A DNA stretch of 64,000 nucleotides from Bispira polyomma (GCA_965649765.1 OZ287754.1:62868001-62932000), one strand, 5' to 3'; counted from the first letter of the stretch, positions 40,539 to 53,214 are shown. A program made the numbers and translations. The notes: generated by a model not told the origin, from the sequence alone.

Positions 40539-40777
40539 TGACAATTAAAACTGTCTTACATCATTTGACATAAAGCACCTTAGTTTGGATCCACCTTGGG
40601 TTGACCAAAAGAGCTTCAAACATCAGTATCTGGTGGCACACTTCAGTTTTATTGGTGTAAAAGCTAACAGACAATGAATAAGACTGATTATTGTGTCGGA
40701 ATTGATGATATTTAAGATTCAATTTGCTTTCTTGATACCGTTTCATAGTATTGGCTAGTAGCCCAATAAAATAACAC

Positions 40778-40871
40778 CAACTCTGGTGGGACTCAAACCC
40801 ACACCCTCCGAATACCCTATTTGCAATCACTTTCTAGAAGTCCGACGCGCTATCCATTGCGCCACAGAGTC
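40778..40871 (-). pseudogene. trnR-TCT: tRNA-Arg(TCT), B-box C56T mutant
   Basis: gactcaaac; cacaccctcc. Confidence 0.65.
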
Positions 40872-41843
40872 AATTCATAACAACTCCAAAGACTAATATA
40901 TGCTGGAATCAAAACATCTAGTATACAAGATTCAGATAATTAAATCATATACAGAATGAACCATTGATGTCTCTCATCTCCTCACATATATATGTATAAA
41001 TCTGAAACATATACCTTTAAATATGACCAGTCTTCAGACAAATTTCACTGAAACAATGTTTAAATGACACTGATGTCTCTTTAGAAGGATAAACCCTAGT
41101 AAACAATTGAATACAATTTGTTAATGACACTGCCAAGCAAGTTCAGCAATTAGACTCTGTAACCAAATTGAAGTTTGCCATCAGATGATACGTGTTTTAA
41201 TGACAGAATTTTAGGAAATCATATACAGAATGAACCATTGATGTCTCTCATCTCCTCACATATATATGTATAAATCTGAAACATATACCTTTAAATATGA
41301 CCAGTCTTCAGACAAATTTCACTGAAACAATGTTTAAATGACACTGATGTCTCTTTAGAAGGATAAACCCTAGTAAACAATTGAATACAATTTGTTAATT
41401 GACACTCCTACTGACAAAATAATCCTTGCACAGGTGAAGCTTGTTCAATAATTCACGTACTTGTCTAACAATTAAGCGTGCAATGTATAATAAATTATGC
41501 TATTTAGAAAACAAGACCACTACTTGTCAAAGCATAAAATTTGAACATTACAGCTAGTCTGACATTGAAGGGTAATCATTAAAGATATATAGAAACATCA
41601 AGCTATTAACTGAAGCAATTACATCGTGTTTGATTTTGATGACACTGCCAAGCAAGTTCAGCAATTAGACTCTGTAACCAAATTGAAGTTTGCCATCAGA
41701 TGATAAGTGTTTTAATGACAGAATTTTAGGAACACTGGTGACAAGTCACCTAGTTGAGAATGTTTTAAGTCAAAGCTTTAATTTCCACATAAAAACCATG
41801 GTCAGCCACCAGGATGTTCCTGGTCAGCCACCAGGATGTTCCT

Positions 41844-41909
41844 TGCCGGGATTGAACCAGGGACCTTTAGATCTTCAGCCTAACGCTCTCCCAACTGAGC
41901 TATTCCGGC
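41844..41909 (-). pseudogene. trnF-GAA: tRNA-Phe with 7-nt deletion across the T-stem/acceptor stem
   Basis: tgccgggattg instead of tgccggaacccgggattg; adjacent 22-bp tandem duplication. Confidence 0.9.
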
Positions 41910-42145
41910 TGACAATTAAAACTGTCTTACATCATTTGACATAAAGTACCTTAGTTTGGATCCACCTTGGGTTGACCAAAAGAGCTTCAAGTGACCTTGT
42001 TAAGAATGTTTTTAAGTCAAATCATGTCAGCCACCAGGATGCTCCTTGCCAAAAATAAAAAAAAAGTAATATACCTCTTATCGGTTGTGCAGGGGTAACA
42101 TTGTCACTTCCATCTCCTGAAATCATGGTGTTTGATTTTCGGCCC

Positions 42146-42676
42146 CGGTGTAGCATTTTCAAATTATCCCTGTTTAATATTACACCCTGGTAATTTAAAA
42201 TCGACTTTAGATTACCCCCAGTAATTTAAAATTGATTTTAAGTTACCACCATACTGACATTCTTAGCTTTACATAAAATTGTAATTCTCATTATAATGAA
42301 GAAGTTTAGCATATTATGTCCACTCTTAATAAAGACTCTATCCATTAGTTGAAGATAGTTACAATGAAGCGATGTTAAAACATTGAGATGTACTCCAATA
42401 CTGATGCTAAAAAATAGGGGGAGTGAAACGAAAATATATTTTAAGATACCCCCACACTAACATCCTTAGATTCACATAAAATTGTACTATCAGGTAAGTA
42501 TCAACAAAAATGTGTAAATAAATAAAAATATGTACAATAATGCATTATAAGTATTATAACCTTTAAAAAAACTATGTAAAAAAGTGGGGTAATTTAAATA
42601 TGACGGGGTAAATAAAAATCAATTTTAAGTTACTGGGGAAAACTCTAACATAGGGTAATTTAAACTCTTTACACCG
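42146..42676. mobile_element. Foldback/MITE-like non-autonomous DNA element
   Basis: Termini cggtgta...tacaccg with inverted subterminal repeats (gtaatttaaaa/aattgattttaagttac); no TSD recognised. Confidence 0.55.
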
Positions 42677-45600
42677 ACATAAATTTACAATATATTTGTG
42701 GATACCTGGTGATATGCAGTTTAATTTGTATTGATGACTTAAATTGTCTGATTGATTTACTTCAGTGTTAAATCATGTAAATCAAATATTTGGAGTCATC
42801 TAACTGTCTCCGTCTGTTCGTAAATATGTTTTCATTTTCATGAATTTATTTGTAACCTATACACCATGTGTATGAGTGAATAAATAAATAAATGCCTCCT
42901 TGTTATTATATAATTTTCCTTGCATATCCTGTATTAATCACACCGTGATTGCAAGTAACAATAGCTTGATTAATGTGTTGAACATAAATATCAAAAAAAC
43001 TATGTCACACCAGGCTCTTTCGAAAACAACAAAGCTTTGAATATGGTTTGTATTTCCATTTATTTGCCTATTGTTTTCAATAGAAAAAAATTCCAAAAAA
43101 ATTTCAACCCACAGAATTTAATTATTGTCTCAACAGTTGTTGTAAATTACAAACTGTAACTAAATATGAGAAAAAAACAGGGGGTCACCCAGTGTCAAAT
43201 CATGCTTCCTGATAAAAACAAGGCTGCTCAAAAATACATATTCTATTATGCAGTGAAGTGACTCCTGTCAATCAACAGGTAGGCAGAGGCTGCCTATTTC
43301 TGATTTTATTTGTCATTGGACAAATCTGCAGCCAATAAGGAAATGAGTTCCACAGTCCCTTATCGTTTTCCGTTTTACCTCTGCAGTCAGTTGAGATAAC
43401 AAAATTCCAAATGCTAGTGGAACTTGGGGTTGGAGGTACACTCAGAAATATTTCCTTTTATACATTTGAAGGGAAACAAATATCAAAATAGTAAATTTCT
43501 ACCCAGTTGCACCCTCGGGGACGAATCATGGTGGAGATGCCAGGTATTGACCCTGTTGTCATTAATGTACTAATGCACTAACGACTTGATACAGATAGTT
43601 TTGAATAGACTGTAACTTATTTATGCAAAACTTTTTAATTCCGAGCCGAAGGGAATCAATTGACACAAAAATATTCTAAAAGCCTATTTAGCTCATCAAG
43701 CTGTAAATTATTATTACCTAAATTGTCCACTCTTAAAAGAAGCAGTAGGTCTCTGATATTTACCCAGATTGATCTTGTCATTGAGAACTAATACATCATA
43801 GTTATTTGCATTTGACTTGTACATAAGTACAGCACAGGAATTCTACCCATTCTCCTGCTCTCACTGACTAAAAAGTATGTATCATGTCAAAGTATGTACT
43901 GTGTGCTGCAAAATGCAAGTTAATAGCAATTCTCCAATGTCCTCATACAATGCAGAACTAATAATAATCAATCGGATAGTTACAGATGAATGTGTACTGT
44001 ATGTACTAATGAAGTATCAATTGTGAGATAGATCAATAACAATAATGTCCTCATATAATACATATTTTTGATTTCAATAAACTGGCAGCTAGGGAAACAC
44101 ACGAAATAAAAACCCAGAGATTATCTCAGCTATATATCATACTACACTCTTGATATTCAGTGTCAAGGTCGAGTGGAGTGTTGCGTGGCTATCAGGAAAA
44201 TACATTTTCTTATAATGTAACACAGTCTAGTTACAGCACAGTATAACAATAAAACGTTGACATCGAGTTGGATATGTGTACTTTTTAAAACTTACAATTT
44301 TAGTCACGGCATTTTGGTGAATGGAATTAGAACTAATGCACCATTTATTATAGTGGCATGTAGCAATATTTGTATACAACAAAAAAATTAGAACATTTAC
44401 CCAGTCGGTGTGGGTTTGTTTATAAGTAACACTTAAACAAAAAATATATTTATAGCATGTACCTGTATCCATAGGAACATATATTTGATCTATACAATGT
44501 GTCTTTCATTAATTGCCGACTATCCTCAAGCCACAGGGTTTATTGCACCCAATCATCAGAATAATAACTACATCAGTCAAAACAAGTCGATGTATGTACT
44601 GTACTGTGTGCTATTTATCTTCAATAATCTTCAATTATCTTTAAAACAATGGACATGGGCGATGATCAGCATCCGGTCTTAGGTTATCTCAAATAATCTT
44701 ACACAAGAAAATTCTCAACTGGTCATACACTAATCGGCGACCCAAATGATTCCAAATACTCACTATATGTTTCTTGCTTGTACTTTGTACAGAGGAAAGC
44801 CGTGATCAAATACCCTGTTGATTTCCTCAATCAGTGGACTACCCACTAAAATCTACCCTGAAATTACATCATCACTTCAGTTAGCATTCAATATTTTAAA
44901 TGTGTATTATTAATGTGAGGCATCTTCTCAAATGCAAAACCGAATCAATCAAAAAATCATTTGTCCTACAACACAGCCTGGGCTGTCATCAATAGACAAT
45001 AGTGTGCTCGCATATTGCCCAAGGATGTTATCCGACCAGTGAACCTAGTAGCATCAGCAGCAGTCGAGCCACAAACCTTTCCATTTCCAGACCAACTTCC
45101 ACACTGGGAGTCGAATAATCTGTACACACAGAATCCATTTACACAGCAAGAAAAGAGTACCTGGTTGGTCTCAGTGTGAGCTGCTGCAGTTTTGATAAAA
45201 GATGTAGAAAACATACATGACATATAAGGATGAAATGTGGTGATAAACTTGACCAGTTCATTACATGAATAAAGCTGGAAAGAGATCAAATCTCACACCT
45301 CCATTATATTCCCTGACAATGTTTTCACGTCAGCTCACAATACATTCCAAACCTCTATGACCAGTTATAAGTAAGATATAACACATTAAAATTTAAATGA
45401 CCCCAGTTTGACTCATGGTTTCCTATAAACTGATAATGTATTTCAAACCTCTAGAACCAATAATAAGTGAGATATAACACCTTGTAACTTTAATGAGCCC
45501 ATTTTGATCTTGAAGGGGGGGGGGGGGGGGGGGGCGTCTGAGCGGAAATATAACTGGCTCGTTAGACTTTCAATCCATGGTTTAGTGTTACCTTACATTT

Positions 45601-46359
45601 CAATCCTCTTGGACCAATATTAAGTAAGATATAAAGCAATTGTAAGTTACAAAATAATTCAGTAATTGTTGTTTTTTTTTATTTTGAGTTTGTTAAAGTC
45701 GATGGATGTGATTGCCAGGTTAGGCCATAAGGTTGGTTTAATACAACTGGTTAATAAAGAGCTGAATCAACCCCAGCCCCCAAAAGTACAATCAAACTCA
45801 AAATCTAATAGTTATGTTGAAAATAGCTGCAAATTATTAAATCTTCTATGTCATGGATGTACTTTATAGATTGCAATGAACTGCCACAGGAGTATTGCCA
45901 GATAAAAAAAGGAAACATGTCAAAGACGGATCCAGACGGTCCACAATCTCAAGTTTTTTTTCCTTCGTTTTAAATATAAACTAGCACATAAGACATCAAA
46001 TAGCCGGCATTTGACCTGAGCCTGAGCTTGAGTTTCCCTGATGAATATGGGTCCTGGATTCGCCCAAGCATGTAGCCTATGACGTCACTGTAGCCAGTCT
46101 GCTCTGATTGTTTTTCAGTGACACTTATCCATTATTTACAGTCTTTGTTTCTCTTATTCTGCTCCTGGGGTAAATTGTTATATCTTCAAATTCCATTTTT
46201 TTTTTTTCACTTTGTACCTGTGTTGAGATTTAGTTCATAATAACCTGCCATATAATGTTACCCATTGACTTTGAAATATTAAAATAAATGCTTTTAAGAT
46301 AAACTGGGTATATAACATAGCAACATTTAGCAAGTTACGAAGCACCAACTTTAAAATTA

Positions 46360-46590
46360 GGCGTTGCGATGGCCTGGTGGTTCGAAAAACCTGCTTGATA
46401 ATTATCGGCCTCTCTCAGCAATGGAGATTTGAATCCTTTTTGTTCCTTTATGTGTGCAAGTTTGTGTCAGGTACTTGCCGTAGGCCGGTGGTTTACACAG
46501 TGGTTTCAGCACTGGTTTCTTCCACCTTTAAATCTGGTGGCTGTGATGCAACCTAAGCTATTGAAAGCGATGCAACACCCATATAAATTT
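46360..46590 (+). mobile_element. degenerate tRNA-derived SINE (second family; Meta/RUDI-like body)
   Basis: A-box TGGCCTGGTGG, B-box-like GATTTGAATCC, body 'cttgccgtaggccggtggttt...ggtttcttccacc'. Confidence 0.55.
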
Positions 46591-49447
46591 AAAGCTGAAC
46601 TAAATATCAGACAACACTTACTGATCCATCTCCTGAAACACGTGAGGGTTTCACCATGAGGTACGACTTAACATCTTGCAACTTCATGCGTGGCATAAGT
46701 GCTGTGTAGCCTCAATGTTCTTTCCCAGCCCCTCCCACTCCATGGACATTTGTTTAGGGTTGTGTTTCTCTTACAAATAATATCATATGATTATTGAATT
46801 ATAATTAGGGTTGTCATAATTTAGTCACATTGTCAATTACATCAAGTGTAATCACCCTCCTAGATATTTGAGAACTTACGTAATGCGTAAAACCAAAGTC
46901 CATTCCTTTGCCGGTATGAGTTGTTATTTGACAGCAAACAAAACAATTTTAAAGTAAACTTGCCCATTGATAATGCTTTACGTGCAGTTAAGCATAAACC
47001 TTTTTTTGTAATTAACTTATTTGTGTTGTTCTCGGAGTAAGGATTTAGTTGAATATTTCACTCAAAGGTCCTCCTAATCAAAGGGAATAGCACTTTTAAT
47101 GCTCGTCTTTATGCAATTTTTTAGCAGTGTGAAAGCCAGAGTAGGGATTTAGCTGAGCTCCACCTTAACCCTTGGGTGCAAGTGCTTTAAAAATAAAATT
47201 AAATGCTCCAGTTGTTGTCATAGCAGCCTGTTATGTAAACAACAGTTTGTATTTCTTGATTTTGTATCATTAGTAGTTTTAGTCATTAGGTGTAATGACT
47301 GGGCGATAATTGCAGTCATTACACGTACTCACTAGTGGTTCCAGGTGTTATGCAAAATAACAAGGAAAGGTTTTGTCAGTTCAGTAAATATGACCATTTG
47401 GTAGCAGCATGGTTTCTGTTATTTTTAGCATCTTGTATCCAAGATTCTAATGGTACTAATTTGTAATTAACTAAAAAAATTGAATTGTATGTTTGATTAT
47501 ATTGTGGTGAGAAAATTAAATTTTAGCAATATCTGACATATGTTTTACTGTAACATTTTCTGCATTTACATATTCCAAGTGTTATAACAACCTTTTTTAA
47601 TAACTGAACCATGAAAACACAAGTATACAACTAGGTATGTATTCCTACTATGTTTAAGACACACGAATAATTTTCTAATTTCAATTATTAAATTACATTG
47701 ACTGGACAAAGTTTTTTCATATTTTGTAAAACTAATCTCTTGAAATTCATTGTCATTGGTAGCTAGAAACACAGTGAGTACTTAAGTTCAATATTCCCAT
47801 TGCACTTAAGACTATTTGATATCACAAATATGATAGTAACTGATGTGCATATTAGTTGAGATAGTAGTCAATAGTAACACCAAGGTTCTTGATCGTACCA
47901 GCAGGTAATATATCTTTGTTCAGTAGTGCTCTGAACTTGTTAATAGATACTGCCATCAATGTGGCCAACTCCCTAGTAAGTAGCCACCTCGACTACTGCA
48001 ATTCCTAGTTACAGTCCATTCAAAACTACCTAGGTAGGGTCATTTTTAATCTGGGTATCCATAGTAATGTCTCTCCATACCTCAAAAAGTTACATCAGTT
48101 ATCTACTCATTATGGAATATTATTTAACCTCCTTCTCACCCCTCATACATTGCTTATTACTTCAGTAAACTTTTTGTATAACTATATGATGCAGTTGGAT
48201 ATGAAATAGTTTAACAATTTTTCTATCCACTTGACCACGTATACGGAGCATGCAGGGGAGAATACAGACCGTGATCATGTTTATAAATACAGTAGTAACT
48301 AGCAGTAGTTAGGCGATTTTCAGCATTTTGAACTTTTTGGTGTTTTAGTGGTTTTAATATGGTTATAGTACACAAATTGATATGGAAACTGTTCAAAACT
48401 TTTGACATATATAAAATATAAGCATTACGCAATGTTATTGTTTACAAAACTCTATTTTTAGTGTGGTAGAAGTTTGTATTTGAAGCTAATTATATAAGGT
48501 GTTATGTACTTATATTTATACTCTGTAGTTTGCCCTGATTTTTAAATATTTTAAGGGTTTATTTTTACAATGTATGATATATTTGAACCCTATAAGCATA
48601 ATAATTATAGTTTATAAATGGATAATAAAAGTAAAACAACCCTCATGCTGCATATTTTTCATCATGTGACAGGTGTTTGAGAGAAGAGAGGATGGCAGTG
48701 AAAACTTAAACAGAAATTGGACGGATTATCAGAATGGATTTGGTGAACTGGATGAAGAATTTTGGTTTGGTTAGTTGTGTGGTTGTTATATATTTGAGAG
48801 TTATAGATGATAATTATGGTTGTATATTTTGTATTAGTTTGCTAGAATATGTAATAGCAATACTTTGAGATATATACATGTTTCGCGAAATCATAATTTA
48901 CCGATTTCTGTTAGGAAATGATGCTCTGGCCTCTATAACAAATCACAGATCTTATGAACTGAGGGTGGATTTGGAAGATTTTGAAGGAACTCAAGTTCAT
49001 GCAGTTTACTCAGACTTTTTAGTAGCAAAAGCAGCAGGGAAGTACAGACTTTTATTGGGAAGTTATACAGGGAATGCAAGTACATAAATTAAACTTTGAT
49101 TTAAATTGATTGTGTTGTATAAATATACATAGCTCACACTAAATTATAGGCACCTACAAAAAGTAACTATTAAACAATAGTATCAAGTATTATAGTACCA
49201 CCTCAGACTTTAAATTGTTAAATTTGGGTAACTTTTTGTTGCCTCAGTCACATCAAGGCTCTGTGAAACACTTGTACCCATTATCTATTGTATACATCAC
49301 ACCAAATTAATAGTAGTATACTAAACATGATCAAGTACAACATGAATTGCAACATAAGCTACATTTGAATTGTATTTGTACTGTATTTATTCTCAGTACA
49401 TCTGTCTACTTTTCTCTGACATTCAAAACTCTACTTAAGCTTTTCTT

Positions 49448-49703
49448 GGGACTGCGGTGGCCTAGTGGTTAGCAAGCATTGCGCTTCACAATCACTGGTC
49501 TCTCACCTCTGGGCGGCGTGAGTTTGAATCCTGTCGATGCCTATGTGGGAAAGGTGGTAGTTCCTTACTGTGGGACGCTGGTTTCTCTGCAGAACCTTGA
49601 TCAACTGTATGCAGTGTTTCCTCTAGCGTTTCCAACTACCCGTCCCAATATAACCTAAACAGGTACTAGAGTGGACGTTAAAAATCCCAATTCAAAAAAA
49701 AAA
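49448..49703 (+). mobile_element. full-length tRNA-derived SINE in FReD intron (same family as 2386)
   Basis: GGGACTGCGGTGGCCTAGTGGTTAGC head, GTTTGAATCC, A tail, TSD ~taagctttt. Confidence 0.9.
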
Positions 49704-50144
49704 TAAGCTTTTTTTCTTTGCACAAGTACAGACACCCATCACTAGTAACTGTCCGAACTGGAGAGGCTTGTGCATGCCCATTTATCAACATTTCCATGTT
49801 TCTTTTACTAAGTTTAATACTCCTGGCACAGACACAGTCATTTGAACCCTTTAATGACCATGATTTGAAGTCCTAGGAATGTGTTAAGGGGCTATGAACG
49901 TAAACGCATAAACAGATCACGATAACCAGGTTATGTGTGTTTTTCTTTCTCAGAAATTGCACAACTTTAAACATCATAAACTTGGGGCATACATGTCCCA
50001 TTGCAATGTATACTTTTTATTAAACTACTTAATCATATTCTGATTTAGGCGACTCACTTTCTGTCCACAGTGATCAACAGTTTTCAACATATGACCATGA
50101 TGAGGGTATACATAGTTGTGCTGTTAGATACAAAGGTTTGTATT

Positions 50145-50315
50145 GGACCCTATGGTTCTAGAAGCGGGTGGTTAAAAGGTGCACAATCACTTCCTTCATG
50201 TGTAAAAGTTTTTACAAGTCAAGTCCTTGCCAAAAGTCAGTGGTTCACAGTTGTTTCCACAATCATTGAATCTGGCTCACGTAAGCTGTTGGCAGAGACG
50301 TAAAACTCAAATAAA
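50145..50315 (+). mobile_element. highly degenerate SINE remnant in FReD intron
   Basis: 'catgtgtaaaagttt...cttgcc...agtggtt...gtttccac...gacgtaaaactc' resembles the 46360 body. Confidence 0.35.
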
Positions 50316-52470
50316 TGCTAAATCTCCAATAATTTTATTCTGAAATAAATTGTTATGACCATAGAGTAGGATATTAACTTCATTTGTGACAAGATTATGT
50401 TATCCAAAATTCCTTTTTAATAAGTTATATTCTGTTGATAATAATATTTTGCTTTCATTCACATAGGAGCCTGGTGGTAAAATGCTTGTCACCATTCTAA
50501 TCTGAATGTGCAGTATCTGCATGGAGAGCATGAATCACATACAGGTGGTGTCAAATAGAAGGACATTATAGGACAATATTACTCTCTGAAATTTACAGAG
50601 ATGAAAATACACCCAAAGTAGAATGGCCACACATCAGTACAACCACACATTTAAGGTGATGTTCAAATGAATGTCACTTCTTCGAACCTTTCGATGTCAT
50701 GAGGCATATACTAACCGGTGACCCATAAAATACATTTCAGATGTATTATATATATATTTTATAATACTGCATATATACAATTATATTTTACATTTCATAG
50801 ATAATTAAGATGTAGGTGTTTTGTACTAGTAATACCTAGCCCAACAATCAAATAATTTGGTCAAAGTGTGTTTACTTGTGGTATAATTTTGGGATATTGT
50901 ACTAGTACTTAATATCTGGGTTAATTTGTCAAGTGTAGAATTCTGCAGTTGAGACACTATGACTAACGATATAGCGCAGCACAAGAATAATAATTTGTAC
51001 ACAATTCTGCTTAATAAAATGTAACAAAACAGCCTTTATTTCATTGGAAATTTGACAATAAGAAATGAGTATGCTGACATCCTCTTTATGGGGGAATATA
51101 GAAACAAATAAAACAATACATCAGAAAACAGATATAACATGCAGGTAATCTGGAAAACAAAGCAAACTTTTGAAATATTAAACGCAGGATATAGAAATAT
51201 TTCCACATGACCCATTTGGTCAAGACTACAAGGTAAAATGTTAAATCTAACCTAAATTTAAACTCCTTAAAAAATTGATTGTAATGACGCAGTTTGACCT
51301 TGAATGTAAGCCCACAGGTCACATTTGGCAGGACATTTGATCCCATGATCATAGTATCCTAGATTAATCCAGGAAATATTTTAAATATTTGTAACTGTAT
51401 AATCCGGAACAAACAAAATCTGGCCATAGTACAAAAACCCTTATCAAGCAACAAAATTATTATTTTAACAAGTGAAAGTGTTTGCTAGTATCAACATTGT
51501 TATATTACAATAAGTACACAGGTGACAAAAATTACTTACATTTCCAATTGTCCATCATTAATGAGGTTAACAAGTTTCCCTTTGAAGGTATTTTATTTTC
51601 ACATTGGAGTATCTATGTGAGGGAGGGATGTCTAAATGTCCGCACTTTCAGATCAATTTCTAACTGTTTGCATTGCACAAAGCAAGATATCCTTACCCAG
51701 AAAATTTGTACGTACATGATACCTTATTTGTTAGACAGGAAACTGGAGTCTCAAAATCAGACCAACTATTTCACCCAACCATGAATAATTAGATATAAGG
51801 AATAACAAGAAAACAACGTAATATACTTGAATATGAGTACACTTCAAACATATACCTGTAGACATGGAAAGGAATATAACAGAGACACTTTTGCGAAGAA
51901 TTTAGGTCCATATGTGTAAGAACTAGTTAAGTACACCACTGTATATTCAAGTCTTCACCTTTTTGGGGGACTATAAACCAGTAGGTTGGTTGTACCGTTG
52001 AATTTGCAAACTTCATCATAAAGGTTATTCCCTCAGGTGAGGTTTCATGCATATAACAATGTAAACGCACAACCTGTGTCTTGTTGCTATTGTAGTATTT
52101 TAGTAATATCTAGTACATTCATCATGCAGGTGCATGTTGTGTAACTGTGTAAACATGTGTTAAACGCTGAACATGCATGGCTCAGCCACGGTTCCAGGAA
52201 GAGACCTCTCTCTACAGCATGGACTCTCTCCTGATAATCAAGATCAACTCGATTTACATATTTTATGTCTGTATGCATGTTTGCCTTAAATCATGGTTAT
52301 TGTATATGCTAAGGGTGTAAGGTTTAACGTTCTGGCTACTCTTGGACTCTAATGGGAGCAGCTTTTAGTATTTTAGCTAGTCACCATGATTTTAATTTCG
52401 ATTTTACCTTTTTGGGGGGCTTTTTTTACATACTTTTACACTATTAATATATACTTAATTGTAAAAGATT

Positions 52471-52764
52471 TTTTGGGCCACCTTAAAACCTTATTTCATC
52501 TTAAATCATTTCATATACATTTAATAAATCTATTTAAATAAAACTTAAGGTTACCTCTAATTCAAAATTTAAATTCTATCTTACATAACTTTTAGGTTAG
52601 GGTTAAACTTAAACTCATTTTTCAACTCAATTTTAGGTAACCTTAACTTCAAGTTAGGGCTACCCTAAACTTAAAATCTTTTCCGACCTTTATCTGAAAA
52701 TCCTCACGCTAAGGTCACCTTAACTTTCAACATTTTAATTCATGGTGTTAAGGTGGCCCCCAAA
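52471..52764. mobile_element. MITE-like inverted-repeat element
   Basis: tttgggccaccttaaaacc ... ggtgttaaggtggcccccaaa inverted ends; internal aggttacc/ggtaacctt motifs. Confidence 0.45.
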
Positions 52765-53214
52765 CTCTAGTATGTGAATAAATATTAGATATAAGATAGA
52801 AGCATTAAACTAATATCCCCAACTCTGCATTATATCACATTTTGTTTTGGTCTTTTCTACTTGACATGACTAAGTGTGCATTATTTGAAAGTGATAAACG
52901 TATGTTGTCCATAATAAAATTCCCTGGTGTAATTTAAAACCATGTTTTGTGTTCTGCAATATGTTACACTTGCGCAAACCTTAAATAATATAAGCAATAG
53001 ATATATATAACAATAACTATTAATTAAAAATCCAGAAATCACATGTTTTCTTTCTGGTTCTCTGACTTTCTCTTTTTATGTGAATATTTTGCAAATTCCA
53101 TGTTGTGGCTAATGTCTGACTGGAATAAGTGGAATCAAACTGTTAGTTTCATGTTTAGGTGAATGTAAGACACTTGGTTAAGATACAAATATAAAGCATA
53201 CATTTGCTTACGCA

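Larger units (their letters stand above)
1..42050 (-). repeat. Tandem tRNA-Phe(GAA)/tRNA-Arg(TCT) gene array (567-bp tRNA module + 1-3 x 515-bp spacer); open at left window edge
   Basis: Near-identical blocks recur at 1082, 1597/1599 and 2112 bp spacings (ORF-track offsets). The last array remnant ends at '...gctccttgcc' near 42050. Confidence 0.97.
48673..50621 (+). pseudogene. Fibrinogen C-terminal domain (FReD; ficolin/tenascin/fibrinogen-like) pseudogene; exons 48673-48769, 48915-49079, 50049-50135, 50467-50621
   Basis: Spliced AG/GT exons read VFERREDGSENLNRNWTDYQNGFGELDEEFWFG-NDAL...YELRVDLEDFEG...YTGNAS-DSLSVHSDQQFSTYDHD..SCAVRYKG-AWW*NACHHSNLN...VK*KDIIGQYYSLKFTEMKIHPK*. Premature stops at 50478 and 50556. 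Confidence 0.88.

Noticed and set aside
3076-41944. Repeated 79-aa (MPSDDTCF…) and 89-aa (MIANRVFG…) ORFs as a two-gene protein system
   Set aside because: They overlap the tRNA genes (antisense to Phe, sense through Arg), mostly use non-ATG starts and show no recognisable domain. They recur only because the DNA is repeated.
44966-45289. 107-aa minus-strand ORF / possible exon
   Set aside because: No recognisable motif or splice-supported continuation; other frames contain stops.
45514-45535. ~22-nt poly-G run as a G-quadruplex element
   Set aside because: An isolated homopolymer with no supporting context; its length is unreliable in assemblies.
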